DNA of 61,501 bases, counting the filler, from Porpidia crustulata (Eukaryota): assembly GCA_964255105.1 (NCBI GenBank). It is 4 parts of 4 records of this genome, joined end to end, with 100 filler letters (N's around TTAATTAATTAA, not from the genome) between each part and the next. Parts side by side here need not be neighbours in the genome. Positions count along the whole stretch, not along the records: positions 30,822 to 46,121 come from CAXUWE010000324.1; positions 46,222 to 61,501 come from CAXUWE010000325.1; 2 more parts are not named here. One strand, given 5' to 3'. The notes beneath the pieces are model-generated. The model ran no database searches. It saw only the letters and a program-made list of their open reading frames with translations, and was not told the DNA's origin. Within the stretch, counting starts at the first letter, position 1. Each line of letters starts with the position of its first letter. The translations under genes were made by a program, and so were the position numbers. Shown in pieces: positions 36,685 through 49,074 of the stretch.

Positions 36685-38850
36685 TCAAGTCGGGAACTCA
36701 ATCACCATCTGCTGGACCAAGTCTAGTCCTATACAAGCAGCAAGCTCGGCCACGGTGCCCTTGATAGTTCGACAATCTGTCAGCTTTGATTTGTCCCAAC
36801 TCTCAAGGTCCTAAGCAACACCATATTAGCGAAGACCGGACTTTGCCTTTTTTTTAATTTGATAGTTACCTGCAGAGAACATATCGTGCGTCCTAATTTG
36901 ATTTTCCATTGATCAAGGAGGTGTTTCTTTGCTTCAAGTTCGTTCGGCGTGATAAGCCCTGGCATATCCGCGTCGAAAGCAGATGTGGAATTCTTCCGTG
37001 CCATCGATGACGTTGCTTCATCTTCCACTCCATTTACATAGCGGAAGGCAGCCTTGAACGCCTTCAGACCAAGACTTGACTCTGTTGTGAAGTTGGAAGC
37101 AGTCGTACTGTCTGATTGAAGGAAACTAGTTACTGATGCCATTGGTATCTCTAAACGAAGTTCGTAAGACAATGACACGTATTTTCGGGCGGAGAGGCGA
37201 TTAAGCATATCTTGGTTCAAGAGGTTCCACTCGTATGATTCTGGATCTGGGTCCCAAGGGTCAATGAATCTGCCAGAGTGCTAGATGAGAAGAACATACC
37301 AAGAAGATACGACGGACGGTAGGCACCTTTGTAACGCATCTTGATACACGAATGGATGTAGTATCCTAGATATTCCAGATCAATGACTATGTAGCGATAT
37401 ATTCAGGTAGTCTATCACTCACCCATGTAATACCAACGGTAGTTGCCTTCAAGCGCCAGAGCTATCTCGCGCAACGCGCTCAGCTTACCAAAATTCCAGT
37501 CGCTTACAGACTCGTGATACCTGCATTATGATGAGCCCAATCCGGCGAATAATTAAGGAGATCAAAGAAACCTACAAAAGGTAGACGGAACTAACGCAGT
37601 CTGGTAGGAGGTCCAATACACCAATCGCCACAAGTCGTCCATCTAATCTATAGCACTGATGGTAAGAGCCAATCTTCTGATCTATGCCGTTCCGAATCCG
37701 ATTACTGCGCTGCAAGCCAGAGCAAAGAAACCTTCTGAAGCCCGATTTAGAGATCTGATGAGGTTTTTCGTGATGGACGGCCTTCTGATAATTGGCGAAC
37801 AGAGCGTATCTAATCATTGTCAGATAATTGATTGCAGAACGGTGCTGGATAACGCGAACTTCTCGTCTGTGTAATCATCTGGCTCTAGAGTGACCTCGAA
37901 CTTATGTGCTGGCTCTATGGGTTCTTTTGTTCGGGTATCGGTTGGTTTTTTGACGATTCGATATTCAACTTCATGTATCGATTCACTAAGGTCAAAATGA
38001 TTCCGACGACGTTTCTTCTCTCTAGAGCAGATGCAAAAATGTAAGTGGGATGTTCAATTCTTGCGACTTGAGTTCTGACAGCGCAGTGAACATACTCCCG
38101 CGTCCTGGGGCAAAGTCTAGCGGCTTGTTGCCTATACAAAGGACCCGAAACATAATTGTTCCATCGATTCACCGCTTGCCTCTGATCTCTTGTAGAGTCA
38201 AATGCAGATGCATTCAATCTAAACGTCTCCTATTAGCATGTGACTGTGAGAGGCATTTCCCTTGCTTACCGGATAGTATAATGTGGACAGCAGGAGTTCC
38301 GATTATCCGGTTTATAGTAATAGTTACCGGAGCTGGGGACGTCCAGTCATGAGCCAACGACTTAATCTTGAGGTTCAATTGTCAATGGGAATATTACCGA
38401 CGCCATCCTCGATTTACTAGATCTTGATAGTGAGACGGAGATATGGAAGAGCATGTGGCAGAGACAGAAGCACCTAAGAAATCAAGACTGATGTCAGTGA
38501 GACATAGCCGTCCGTACAACAGAGCGATTGAAGATGTAAAATCCAAATCTGTGGGAGGGCACTGAGAGCCTTACGTGTATGCTTTGACTTTGATTTACAG
38601 TAGCCACAGGAAGAACTTTCATATCCTGCAGAACAATCGTCGGTCAGTCTTGTGATATAGTTTGCATAGCTCTTTTTGACGCCGGTCAAGTCACTGTAGC
38701 CACGGGGAAGAACAATAGAAAAACCGTGAACCAGCCAAATGTGCACGAGGACAATGGGGCCATTCGGACTGGTGGACTGTAATGGAGTAGCTTACCCAGG
38801 GGAGTGATCAGAGAGATACGGCCATCCATTGCTGCGGGGTGTTGCTGCAT
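36685..38850 (-). CDS. ATE1: Arginyl-tRNA--protein transferase (many introns)
   Basis: YESSSCGYCK, GWRR|SGNYYYKP..SCCPHYTIR, LFANYQKAVHHE, FRRFLCS, GSYHQCYRLDGRLVAIGVLDLLPDCVSSVYL, YYMG|YYIHSCIKMRYK; last exon ends EFPT*. Confidence 0.92.
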
Positions 38851-40468
38851 GGTCGGCGGATGGTTCTCGCCTGACAAAAATAATATCTAAGTGCTGTCAA
38901 AAGTCCAAGTGGCGTCGACCGGAGTCCCCTCTAGTAGATACTCCTGCCAGTCTCCAACCAACGTACTCTAGATGCAACCCGCAGACTTAGGACAACAGTA
39001 GCCAATAACCTCTTTCAAGACTGTGGGCAGGTTAAGAGAGGTGGGCCGTTATTGCGCGTTGATAGATGCCATTATTACATCACTGGAACACTCACAAGAT
39101 AAACAACGGTGAAATGAACTATCCGGAGGTAGTTAAGGTGAAGCCAATGTACCTACCTAGCTTCTAGAAGAGACTGACGGATTTCCGGGAATGACATGCA
39201 TCGATGATTGGTATCCCTCCTGCGCACGTCCTCCCTACTTATGCACACCGACCCGGGCAGCTCAAGGTAGAAACAAAGATTGCACGAGAAGACTGCAATT
39301 GAACCAACTGTCAAGAACAAGAAGGTCTATCATTCGGCACAGCAGTGCTCCTCCAACTGTCACAAGCTAAGCATTCTGTCTTTTGACGCAAGAGGAAGCG
39401 CTCAAATACGTTGTTTCTAATCCTTCTAATGCAGTCTTGGGGGGTGGGCCTGCATGCCGATGTGCATTACAAGCCTCGCGGCTCCCAGCACATCAAGCTC
39501 AGAAGGCACGAGATTCGGTCAATTAATGTGGGGAGTCGGCTTCAGCAACATTATTGAGCAGCCATGCCGTTTGCTATGTGACAGCGATGGACTAAGCGCG
39601 ACGACGCCCACTGCACCCCACCTTGCGCAAAGAATTGTAACAAAACATTCAATATCCTATAGTCTGCTGGCCTCTGCAGGCAGCCTTGATCGATTTACCC
39701 TGTCTAAACATATATGAACTAGGAGCACAGTGCTGACCTTGGGTATCGCCGCAACGAGGAAAGGATGGAGGGGAGGGCGGAGGTAAACCTATGGTCGACT
39801 TGAGAGTCGAGTCCAACAAGGAACTTTAGTTGCGTGGGGGTTTCTTAATGATGTGTGATCCAGTGTAGTCCCCCAAATCTCTAAGCTCGAGGAGCGCGCC
39901 GAGGCCGGCCTAAGTGAGAAGCTGGAAGCTTGAGGTACCTTAGCAGACTTGGTTGGCACGTTAGGTAGGCACAGGGAATTTCCTACTTGGATGCCCCGAG
40001 GAAGTAGCTAGCGCCGCATCCCCGGGCAGGTACACAATAAAATTCTCTCCACACAAGCGAAGCTGTTCCCACGGTACCCTCAACCCTGACGACCGCTCAA
40101 TCCCACTTCAAATTAAAATGTTGACATCTTCCATTTCTCCTTCTGAAAGGAACATCCTCAATCCTCAGTCTCGCCCACCCAGGGGCTGAAGGCATTCCTA
40201 ATCGTTGTGTTGTCACAACACCATCTGACTCGACCTGACCGCCATCTACCTGGAGACAGCCTTCCACACGGACCAGCCTACTTCCTCTGGTCCCCCTCCG
40301 CCCGCTCCGACTCATAAAAACGTTCATTTCCTCACATCCAGTAATCTGAATTTTGAAAGACAGCTTCAACACTCAAGGCAGTCCCCGATCCTCGAGTTAT
40401 TTGTCCAGGCAAGCGTCAAAAAAGCTAGTTCTTATTCATTCCTTTTGAGACCCTATATATCGTTGGCC

Positions 40469-41054
40469 ATGGCTCAGACTCTACCTGCTACTGCTCGTAC
40501 GGGGAGAGACAATCAGCGTATGTAAGAAGCGGTCACTATAGACTCCGCCAAGTCCCTACTATCCCTGTGCCAGGATTGATAACGAAGCTTGAGCGACCAT
40601 GGTACTGACGTTCCAATCTATTGTAGGTTACGGTACTCAAGGAGAACGTCTCGTGGCTGGAGTCGTGCCTCTTTCCAGCGACAAAACCAAAGTCCTGGTC
40701 ATTCAATCAACCCGACGTGGCGGCTGGGTCCTCCCTAAAGGTGGTTGGGAGACGGATGAAGGCACTGCGCAAGAAGCAGCTCGTCGGGAAGCATGGGAAG
40801 AAGCCGGGATTGTTTGTACGGTTCAACGCGATCTTGGGAAGATACCAGAGATGCGCTCGGCGCAGCAGCTTACCAAAGACGCACCTAAAGCGCTCTATCA
40901 ATTCTATGAAGTCGCTGTCGACCGCGAAGCAGCGCAGTGGCCGGAACAGCATAAGCGGGGCAGGCAATGGATGTCATATCAGCAAGCAAAGCAAGCACTG
41001 GCAGCACGACCCGAGCTCATGGAGGCACTTAATAGAAGCTCTATTATGCGGTGA
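40469..41054 (+). CDS. DDP1: Nudix hydrolase, diphosphoinositol-polyphosphate diphosphatase (Ddp1/Aps1-like)
   Basis: Exon 1 MAQTLPATARTGRDNQR, then YGTQGERLVAGVVPL; Nudix box GGWETDEGTAQEAARREAWEEAG; WPEQHKRGRQW. Confidence 0.88.
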
Positions 41055-42825
41055 CCTCGATGTGACCCCGCGTTGGGGCTTTCTGCTGGAATACAAGACC
41101 TTGAACTCCGGTTTTGACCCAGATGCCGATGTGTTGGTTCTCGTCAGAAGGCTTGGGATGCTGGGTGGGACGGGAAATAATAGACGAAGTACGTCTTTGA
41201 ACAATCTCAATGCGATCAGTCGGTAGATTGTGGCTTCTTATTCTTCATTTGGCGAGCTTTTGTGCATAAGGTTCGAACTGGTCTACATCAAAGGTATGAG
41301 GCTTCACTGCCTTTGCAACTAGAGTAAGAACGGTTCAGAAATTTCCTTTCCCTTTCTGCCGTTTCAGGGGCTTTCCCTTCCCATTAGATTCCCTCAAGAC
41401 CCCAAATACTTTCAAACGAACTTTTCCTACCGCGCGGGTGATGTGCCAATTTGATCTTCGCTTCTCTTTCAAAGTTCAGGGGGTCAGACACGTTCGCGTC
41501 CAAGGCCCAGATACCATCCCGTCCGCCTATGGTCCAGCCGACGGAGCTAAAGTCTGTTCCTTTATTGGAAATTCATCGATGTTCATGTATTAGACTTAGG
41601 AAGGATCCTGGCGTTTGAGATTAACCTTACAACGTTTTCGTGATCCCTGAAATCAACTATTGAGGGACTGAATGTATATGCGGCTTGACTCTTCTTAGCA
41701 GTTCTCTGTTCATCTAAATTCTCTCGACAGCTTAAAGTTGCTAAACCGATACACTTGGTGTTCATGTTTATCTACGTTCGAAATCCTTAATTCTACTATG
41801 GCAATATCTGGTCCAAACCTTGTGGTCTGGCCGGGAACCCTCTGTCGGCGGTTACTATATCCTCGCCATATGAAACAAACATTGCGTCTAGCGTGGCATG
41901 TTCCTTTGTGGTGGGTCTCTAAAACTTGGGCAACTGCCGGGAAAGACGGGGCTCATACTATGCCTTAGCTCAGAATAAAGAAATGTTATTAAATCTCAAT
42001 CTATGAGGTTCAGTCTCCGAAGGGAGCCCGAAGGGAGCCCGAAGGGATATTCTGTACTGTTGCGAGTAGCGGCGGGTTGAGGAATAACGCATTTGTAAAC
42101 GACTGAAAAGTTCCTCAGACACAGACGTCTGCATAGAAACCTTGCACAGAAAGAACATACACCAATTATACAAAAGTCTCTAGCTATCAATAACGACCTG
42201 TTTCGATGTGATCACGTGATATGACGTAGCCGTATCCTGGAACTGGCAATGCCTTTGTGTATTTACATTTCGACAATTAATCAACAGGCCCGGGGAGATT
42301 CCGTAGAATCCAAATTTACAGCAAAATGGGAGATATCGGTATGCATTGTGTTCTATTAATCGAATATGCTTGGGGCTTCCCGGTGAGGATTCGGTTGGAT
42401 CGAGGGCCACTTGGAACGCCTCTATTGTAATTCATAGAGCACTGCTTAGCATAACTTGATCAGTATTATAATCTCAGTGACTCCATTAAAAAGGGCAAGT
42501 ATGCTACGTATTATCAGAGGTCTCAAGAATTGAACTTCTAAAAGAGGATCAAAGTGTTGCAGCAGGTGCGTCTCCACCTCCGCTTCACCCTAGCTATCTA
42601 TGTGCGGGTCAACAAACTTGGGAAGCCGTCATCAATGAGAATTCTTGTAACATCAACGGAAGAAGTCCGGATCTCGTCGACTTGATCTGCCAGAGCTATC
42701 GAGCAGTAGCACGTACTTCGCAATTGGGATGCTCGGAATACTCAGTGCCTGGTCATCCGTTGACGTATTGACGAGCGCCTTTGGACACTCTTAGTCGACA
42801 TTGAGTGAGAGAAAAGACCTGTACA

Positions 42826-43719
42826 ATGCCATCATCAGATCGTAGACGACGGAACGGTGGGGGTAAGTGCCAAGTATTGAGAAGTCGAAGATGATACTTA
42901 TCAACAGTAGTGGATAGACTCCCTCGAGGAAGAGTGCACCGTCCCGCCATTATCACATACCTCACCGATAGCAACGACTCATGGATACCTCGAACACTCG
43001 CACAGCAGTCGACCTTACCAAATTCCGATCAGCAGCGGTGTGGCAACAGCAATGGATTGTCTTGCACCAATACTGGAACTTCCCTAATCGTTGATGGCAC
43101 AGAGCTCACTTCCACACATGACCTCGCAGCTCTGACGAGATCATCGAATACGGCGGCCACCGAATCCGAACCCTCTTCGTTTGGTGCAAGGCAACTCGAC
43201 ATCCCCAATTCGAGACTACTTGCCGAGGATGAGGGTGGCGTTCTTATTGTCGACCGTGCGAGCGCTCAGGGCAACCTTGAATGCCCGTTCAACCTCCTCT
43301 TTTGCCTCCAGACATTCTCGAACATGGAAGACTGGGTTAGACACAGTGTGACTCATTTTCGTAGGGCTGGGCCTCCAGATCTCAGCCAATGCTGCTTTTG
43401 CGATGCGCACTTCGATTCGTCCTCGGGCATTTCCAGCTGGGCCAAGCGGATGGAGCATGTTGCCTTCCATCATCGACTTGGCGACAGGCTAGCCCATGCT
43501 CGACCGGATTTCGGGCTGTATACACACCTGTGGAATAAACGGTTGATCACCGATGCTGAATATCGGGATATCAAAGGAAACCATTCGGATCGGTCGCGGG
43601 CCGTACAGGCGGCGCAGGCATATCCATCTCCCCCTGAGTCCCCAGAGGAACAATCAAAAGTGTATACTGATACATTTTCGGTTTCGCGCGGACGCCGTGA
43701 ACGCGAGCGACAAGGTTGA
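42826..43719 (+). CDS. Fungal C2H2-like zinc-finger hypothetical protein
   Basis: Exon 1 at ATG 42826 (donor gtaagt) splices in frame; LECPFNLLFC..WVRHSVTH and CCFCD..RMEHVAFHH, followed by RPDF. Confidence 0.7.
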
Positions 43720-45850
43720 TGCTCTCCTCGATTCTCCAAGTAATATCTCAAATGGTTTTCGTAAAGGACAAGATCCTGGCGTTTCATAATTGGGCTGTAT
43801 GCCTAGATTCTTTCAACAACAACAACGAAGATCATCCATATCAAAAAGGCGACGAAAGGACAACGAGACATCATTATAATCATTGGTTCGAGGATTTAGG
43901 TGGCGAACCGGATTATTCTTCGGATGACGACGCGCCATTTCGCCTTCGCTGCGAGGTTCGCCACTCCTGATATTTGCCACTATGTATATCGGTTGGACAC
44001 TTTTCCTTTAACGTTTCTCATATCTCATTTCTCTTCAATCTTTATGACAGGATGAGCACAAAGCTGGGGACGAATAATGGGCGAAGATGAAAATGAAATT
44101 TCTTAGATACCCAATCCCCTTTGTATTTGGGATTCTAGCGATGATCGATGTTGCAAAGCAGGAGTCTTCAGGTTTCGAAAATCATCTCCCCTATATGCAA
44201 TTCGATGAATATATCAATATTTACTCCTGAGTCGCACCACTGCTGCCTGTAATCGCCAATGCTTGCACCCGCTCATCCGTTCGAGCCCGAGCACTCGCCT
44301 CACGTCCAACCTTATCTTCTGAGACGAGGCTTTTACTACCGCCTCGCCTTCACGCTGCCCAATTGCGTTTCCAAAGCGTGGTTCCCTCTAATAGGCGTGT
44401 GCTATTCCAAGATGGGTTCTAATTCTTTCTTCTACTCATAGCAGCGTATGGACACGATCGGAGAGCGAAGTATCACAACTCAATATTCATGTCGCGCTTG
44501 TGCATACCCCTTCCGGCTGCATTTGCACATATCACATTACTTTCGCGCATCCTGATACACATCACTATCGGTGGCCTTCCGACGAACAGGGTCCACAATC
44601 TACTCTCGCTCATCACCGCCTCAATCTATATATCAGGAACGCAGCGTGTCATTGGCTCAAGGGGAAATGAGGCCGTCCAATGGCTGTCAATATCTCTCCG
44701 TGCTTACTCTGACAGCCTTCGTGCTTGATTTAATTGGGCTCTTCGTCATCTTCGTCGGCTTGGCATCCAAGACACTATCCAGTGTCATGTCTCCTTGCTA
44801 TGTGCCATCTTTTCCCATCAACACAAAACACTCCCTTTTCCAGCTTTCTTGACCATGCTTATTATCGCTTAGTACCTTACTCTCCAGCCATATTGTCGCA
44901 GGTACTGTCCCATCCGTTATCTCGTGACCGGAAATAATTCGTCTGATCAAATCCCAAGGCTCCTCATGAACATGACAATAGCTTTTTCGTCTCGTTTCGA
45001 CCCTCATTCATCCATTAATAAGATTGAGTTCTCGCTGCTTTCCAATAGCTTTGCCTTGCTGGGCCAATTGAACAGTCCGTCCACTATGCAGACAATGACG
45101 ATAGATGACAAAGGGGTGTAACGTCGTAAGGCCTCAGACTTGCGAGCAGTTCACACAGCGCGGACGCACCGGAAGCATCGTTCTGTCATTACAATCTTGC
45201 CTCCAATCGACTGGCTCTCGGACTTTCCCATGTTATTTCTCTCAACTACGGAACGGTCGGGTTAATGGATACAGCGATATACGCAGCGAGTGGAAGAAAG
45301 GGGAGTGTGAGAGGTTACAGAGTCTCGGAATAGTTGGAGAATGGATGGAATGCCGGGCCTTAATTGGACGACGGAGGAATTTGTAGATCAGAATAATTAA
45401 ATAGGATGCTATGCTAAGGGTTGGAATGAAAGCTAGACGACTTCGGAGATGTGGAGGATGTTATGTAGTGACAAATCAGTCCCGTGTCTCAGTCACTGCC
45501 ACCGCCAATGCCACTGCCAATACCCTCGCACTGCTAAGCTCGAAGAACGAGAAAGAGTGGCTTCGATAAGTTGTGTAAAAGTTTGCTTACGAAGAGCAGG
45601 GGATTCATCATCGTCGCTGGCGGAGTATATCTATCTAGTCACGCTTAGAAGCGGAATGGAAGCTTGGGTGCTTTCCTTTGACTGCGCCACCCCAATCTTC
45701 CACAATCAAATTCCATATCATTCTACCTACAAATCTCAATTCTCACCGTTTGATCATCTATTCTCACTTGATTCAACTCCTTAAAACACAGAATTCAACG
45801 TCTCCTTTGCTCCCACCACCCCATTCAAGCATACAGCTCCTTCAGCAAGA

Positions 45851-46121
45851 ATGGCAGCACAAAGCGTCTCACCCCCCACATCACCAATGTCAAGTCCCAA
45901 GTCAAGAAGTGCAAAGTCAAGACTCTCACTAGACCTCTCAACCGTCCCGCCTTTGATAGAACCATCTCCTCCTTCAAATACTCTTCTAATCACAGTAAGC
46001 CCTCTTACCCTGCAACGCAGTATCCTCACCATTCGCCCAAACTAACATTTGGATAGAACCTCCTTGACCCCCAAATCTTCCACCCCACCATCCTTCAAGA
46101 AATCCGCACTCTCATCTCCAC
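45851..46121 (+). CDS. RCN1: Calcipressin, calcineurin regulator (5' part only; cut by contig end)
   Basis: LSLDLSTVPPLIEPSPPSNTLLIT|NLLDPQIFHP, typical N-terminus of filamentous-fungal calcipressins. Confidence 0.8.
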
Positions 46122-46221
46122 NNNNNNNNNNNNNNNNNNNNNNNNNNNNNNNNNNNNNNNNNNNNTTAATTAATTAANNNNNNNNNNNNNNNNNNNNNNN
46201 NNNNNNNNNNNNNNNNNNNNN
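46122..46221. other. Artificial contig linker
   Basis: 44 N + TTAATTAATTAA + 44 N. Confidence 0.99.
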
Positions 46222-46506
46222 GCCCTCACCGCCGCTATCCCGCCATCGGGCCTGCCTTTACCTTTATTCCGCTATTTACTCATGGTTCTTCTCTTGTTTG
46301 GCTTGATCGATAATGATGCTAGAAGCATGATTATGAAATCCGTAGCTTGATAAATGGTGGGATTTGATTGCTGGATGTCTTAAATGACGAGAAAGCGATT
46401 TGCGGAGGAGTAGATTTATAACCCTAAAGTTAACCTATATTGAAGGGGCGTACGGATAGGTAAACTCTAAAAGACGTACATCACGTGCAGGCGAAGCTCG
46501 GGATGT

Positions 46507-47622
46507 ATGACTGACCGCCTGCACGTAAAGACGTTAACCAGTTCTTTTGTCTACCCACTGCAACAAGATAGGATTACCGTTCAAGCCCTCTTCAAGAAGC
46601 TGTGTACCAGTCAGTGCAACGAATGCGGCGACTATGGCGGGTACATCTACCTCTTGACTTTCCAGAGGATCTGCTGCCGATGCTTTACGGGGAAAGATCG
46701 ATACTCGCCATTGAAAGAGATTGATGCCTTGAAAAAGTTCGGCCTTACTCTAGATGTCCTTAACACCCTTACTCGTTTTCAGGGATACCCGGGCTATTAC
46801 GGCGACATACGCATCAATGTTAAGCAAGACTATATCTCTTTAATCGACCACGATTCCGCGTACACTGCGGGGATCGCTTATCATAGATCACTTGAAGCCA
46901 TACAGGAGTACGTTGCAAATTCCGACTTCAATATATAGAAGCCCTACAAGAAGGAACTCGAAGAACGTAAGAGGAAGCTAGCGGCAGAGAGAGCCATTAA
47001 GTCACGCGAGATGAAGGCCAAATGGAAGACAGAAGTCAAGAAGCGGAATGCTTACAAGAGAGATGCGTACAAGAGAGAGGCGGCAAGAAGAGAAGAACGA
47101 GAAAAGAGAATGGGCCATGCAACAGCACGGCGGCTCTCAGGATCCCAGATCGAATACATTGAAAACCTAGGTGAGGATACTGATAATGAGAGTATCAGTA
47201 CCCTCGCTCCCTCGAGCGACACAGACGGAGATACGAAAGACAAGAGCAATCACACTCGCTTCGACACAAGAGAAGAAGCAGAAACCACAATTAGTGGGGA
47301 TTCTGGCGAGGACGATGACATCGAGAGCTGGAGCAATGCGCCGATGCGCTTCCGGGCCATGCTTCGTGTACCTTGGCTGAATCGTCGAAGCCAGAGGGAC
47401 GAGTGGGGCTTTCATTGCGTTGGATGCGAAGATCTTCCCGAGTGGCCGAACCACGCCCGACGAGACTTTATCATGTCGACGTTCAGGGAGCATCTAGAGA
47501 TCTGCGGGCCAATCAAAGACGGGGTACATCACATCAACGACTGTTGCACGAGGGGCACCTGCAGAAAAAAGAAGAAAGACTTTTCGGGGCATATTTTTGA
47601 AGCGCCATTCTGGCGGTGCTGA
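46507..47622 (+). pseudogene. Cys-rich fungal protein (family usually carrying an N-terminal F-box) interrupted by one in-frame TAG
   Basis: ORFs 46507-46938 and 47011-47622 are in the same frame, separated only by TAG at 46936; CNECGDYGGYIYLLTFQRICCRCF and PWL..EWGFHCVGC..FREHLEICG; no F-box visible. Confidence 0.6.
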
Positions 47623-48502
47623 GGCCTGATGGTACGTTCGATGCAATACGCTTAACTTTGCATTCTTGTTAGATACCAAGCGGTCAATGGATGATCGTCG
47701 CATGTATACGAATTGGATTCCGTGCTCTCAAGTTCGTTGGATTGGAGTAAAGACCCCCCACATTTGTCTACATCCCGGGTCTAATAAGTCTCCAGTATCA
47801 ACAGAGTTCTGGGCCTGTAGATTTAGACTCAGGATATGGTAAAGATTTCTCTATTGTAACATTGTGCATATCACTTTATCATTCATCCGAGAAGTAGGAC
47901 CTCTACAAACGTCATCAAATCTTCCTACCAGCAACAGACATGAGCTGTTCTAGACACAGCATCAAATCAGATAGCTTTTTCCCCTTAGCATATCAGCTCC
48001 CTTCAGATGACAGAACACTTTGTTAGCTTGATTTTTGCTTCTAGTAGGCTTGGCCACAGGACGGCCAGAGATTATTACCGCGATTTCTCTATGCATTTCT
48101 TGCGTGTCTCCAATGGTAGGGTGGGCTAACCTACATCTTTAACGCTATTGCAATAACCGACATTAGCATGATCCCAAGGCAACAATTTTAAGAGGTTCCA
48201 TCGCTGGTTTCCTTACTCGAGTCCATGGAGGTTCTCGATAGTGAAGTTCAATACCTCGTTATCAACAGAGAACATGGAAGTTGTCATGTCATGTGAGAGA
48301 AACGAGGCAAGTGTCATTTCTTGTTGATGCCCGCCCCTCCTGCAAAATTCATTCAATCCGGGTTGAGTATCCCCACGGTCTGAAGGTGGGATTTACAGAC
48401 AGTCTAATTCGCCTGCGCCATGACCCATGATTCAATTTGGATCGCTCGTACAGCCGGGCTACCCAACACTCCGCGTCACGCAGTAATTTTTCTTCAATGC
48501 CA

Positions 48503-49074
48503 CTAAGGATTTCTCGCAGCTTTCCGAGTCGATCCGTATCCCACATGCGCTTCATTTTGCCTGATCGAAAATGTACAGAAATGACCAGCTCCGGTGTGTA
48601 AGGCATACCACTTCAGACCTTTGAGTGCATTCCCTACTACCTTCCATGGTAGACTCTCGCCAGGTTCCCTGTTGATCACTATTTCTCTCCTTGCGATCCT
48701 AGGAGAGTCGGGGATGCTGTAATCCCAAGGGCTGTCGCATTCTTGCTCTGGCGGAAGATGATTGACGTACTCTCTAGCACTGTCGAGGAGAACGTCGAGG
48801 GAGAAAAGATCAACGGAGCCATCGAGGGTAAGAATGTAAAGCCTCGTTCCAGTACCGTCAATCCTGATTACATCGACGATATTGGAACGGTAGAATAATT
48901 AGATCTTAGTTTGCAAAGGATGGAAAGATATGGAAGAAACCTTTGCGGCACATTGAGTAAGCCTGGCCTGGAGAGGAGAGTCGTCCCGTTAGAAAGGCTC
49001 TGTGGTGGCGCGGCTAGGGAGGCTCTGTTCCAACTGAGGAAGAGAAAAGAGAGAAATGACGAAAGGTTACGCAT
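48503..49074 (-). CDS. Small secreted protein (~160 aa, two exons), not in the ORF track as a whole
   Basis: Signal peptide MRNLSSFLSFLFLSWNRASLA; intron ~48864-48940; stop-free exon 2 IDGTGTRLYIL...LPWKVVGNALKGLKWY...HVGYGSTRKAARNP*. Confidence 0.65.

Noticed and set aside
42019..42046. GAAGGGAGCCC x2.5 tandem repeat
   Set aside because: Short local duplication without spacers; not CRISPR-like
44450..45260. Hydrophobic fragments resembling a decayed permease
   Set aside because: Too fragmentary to support a call
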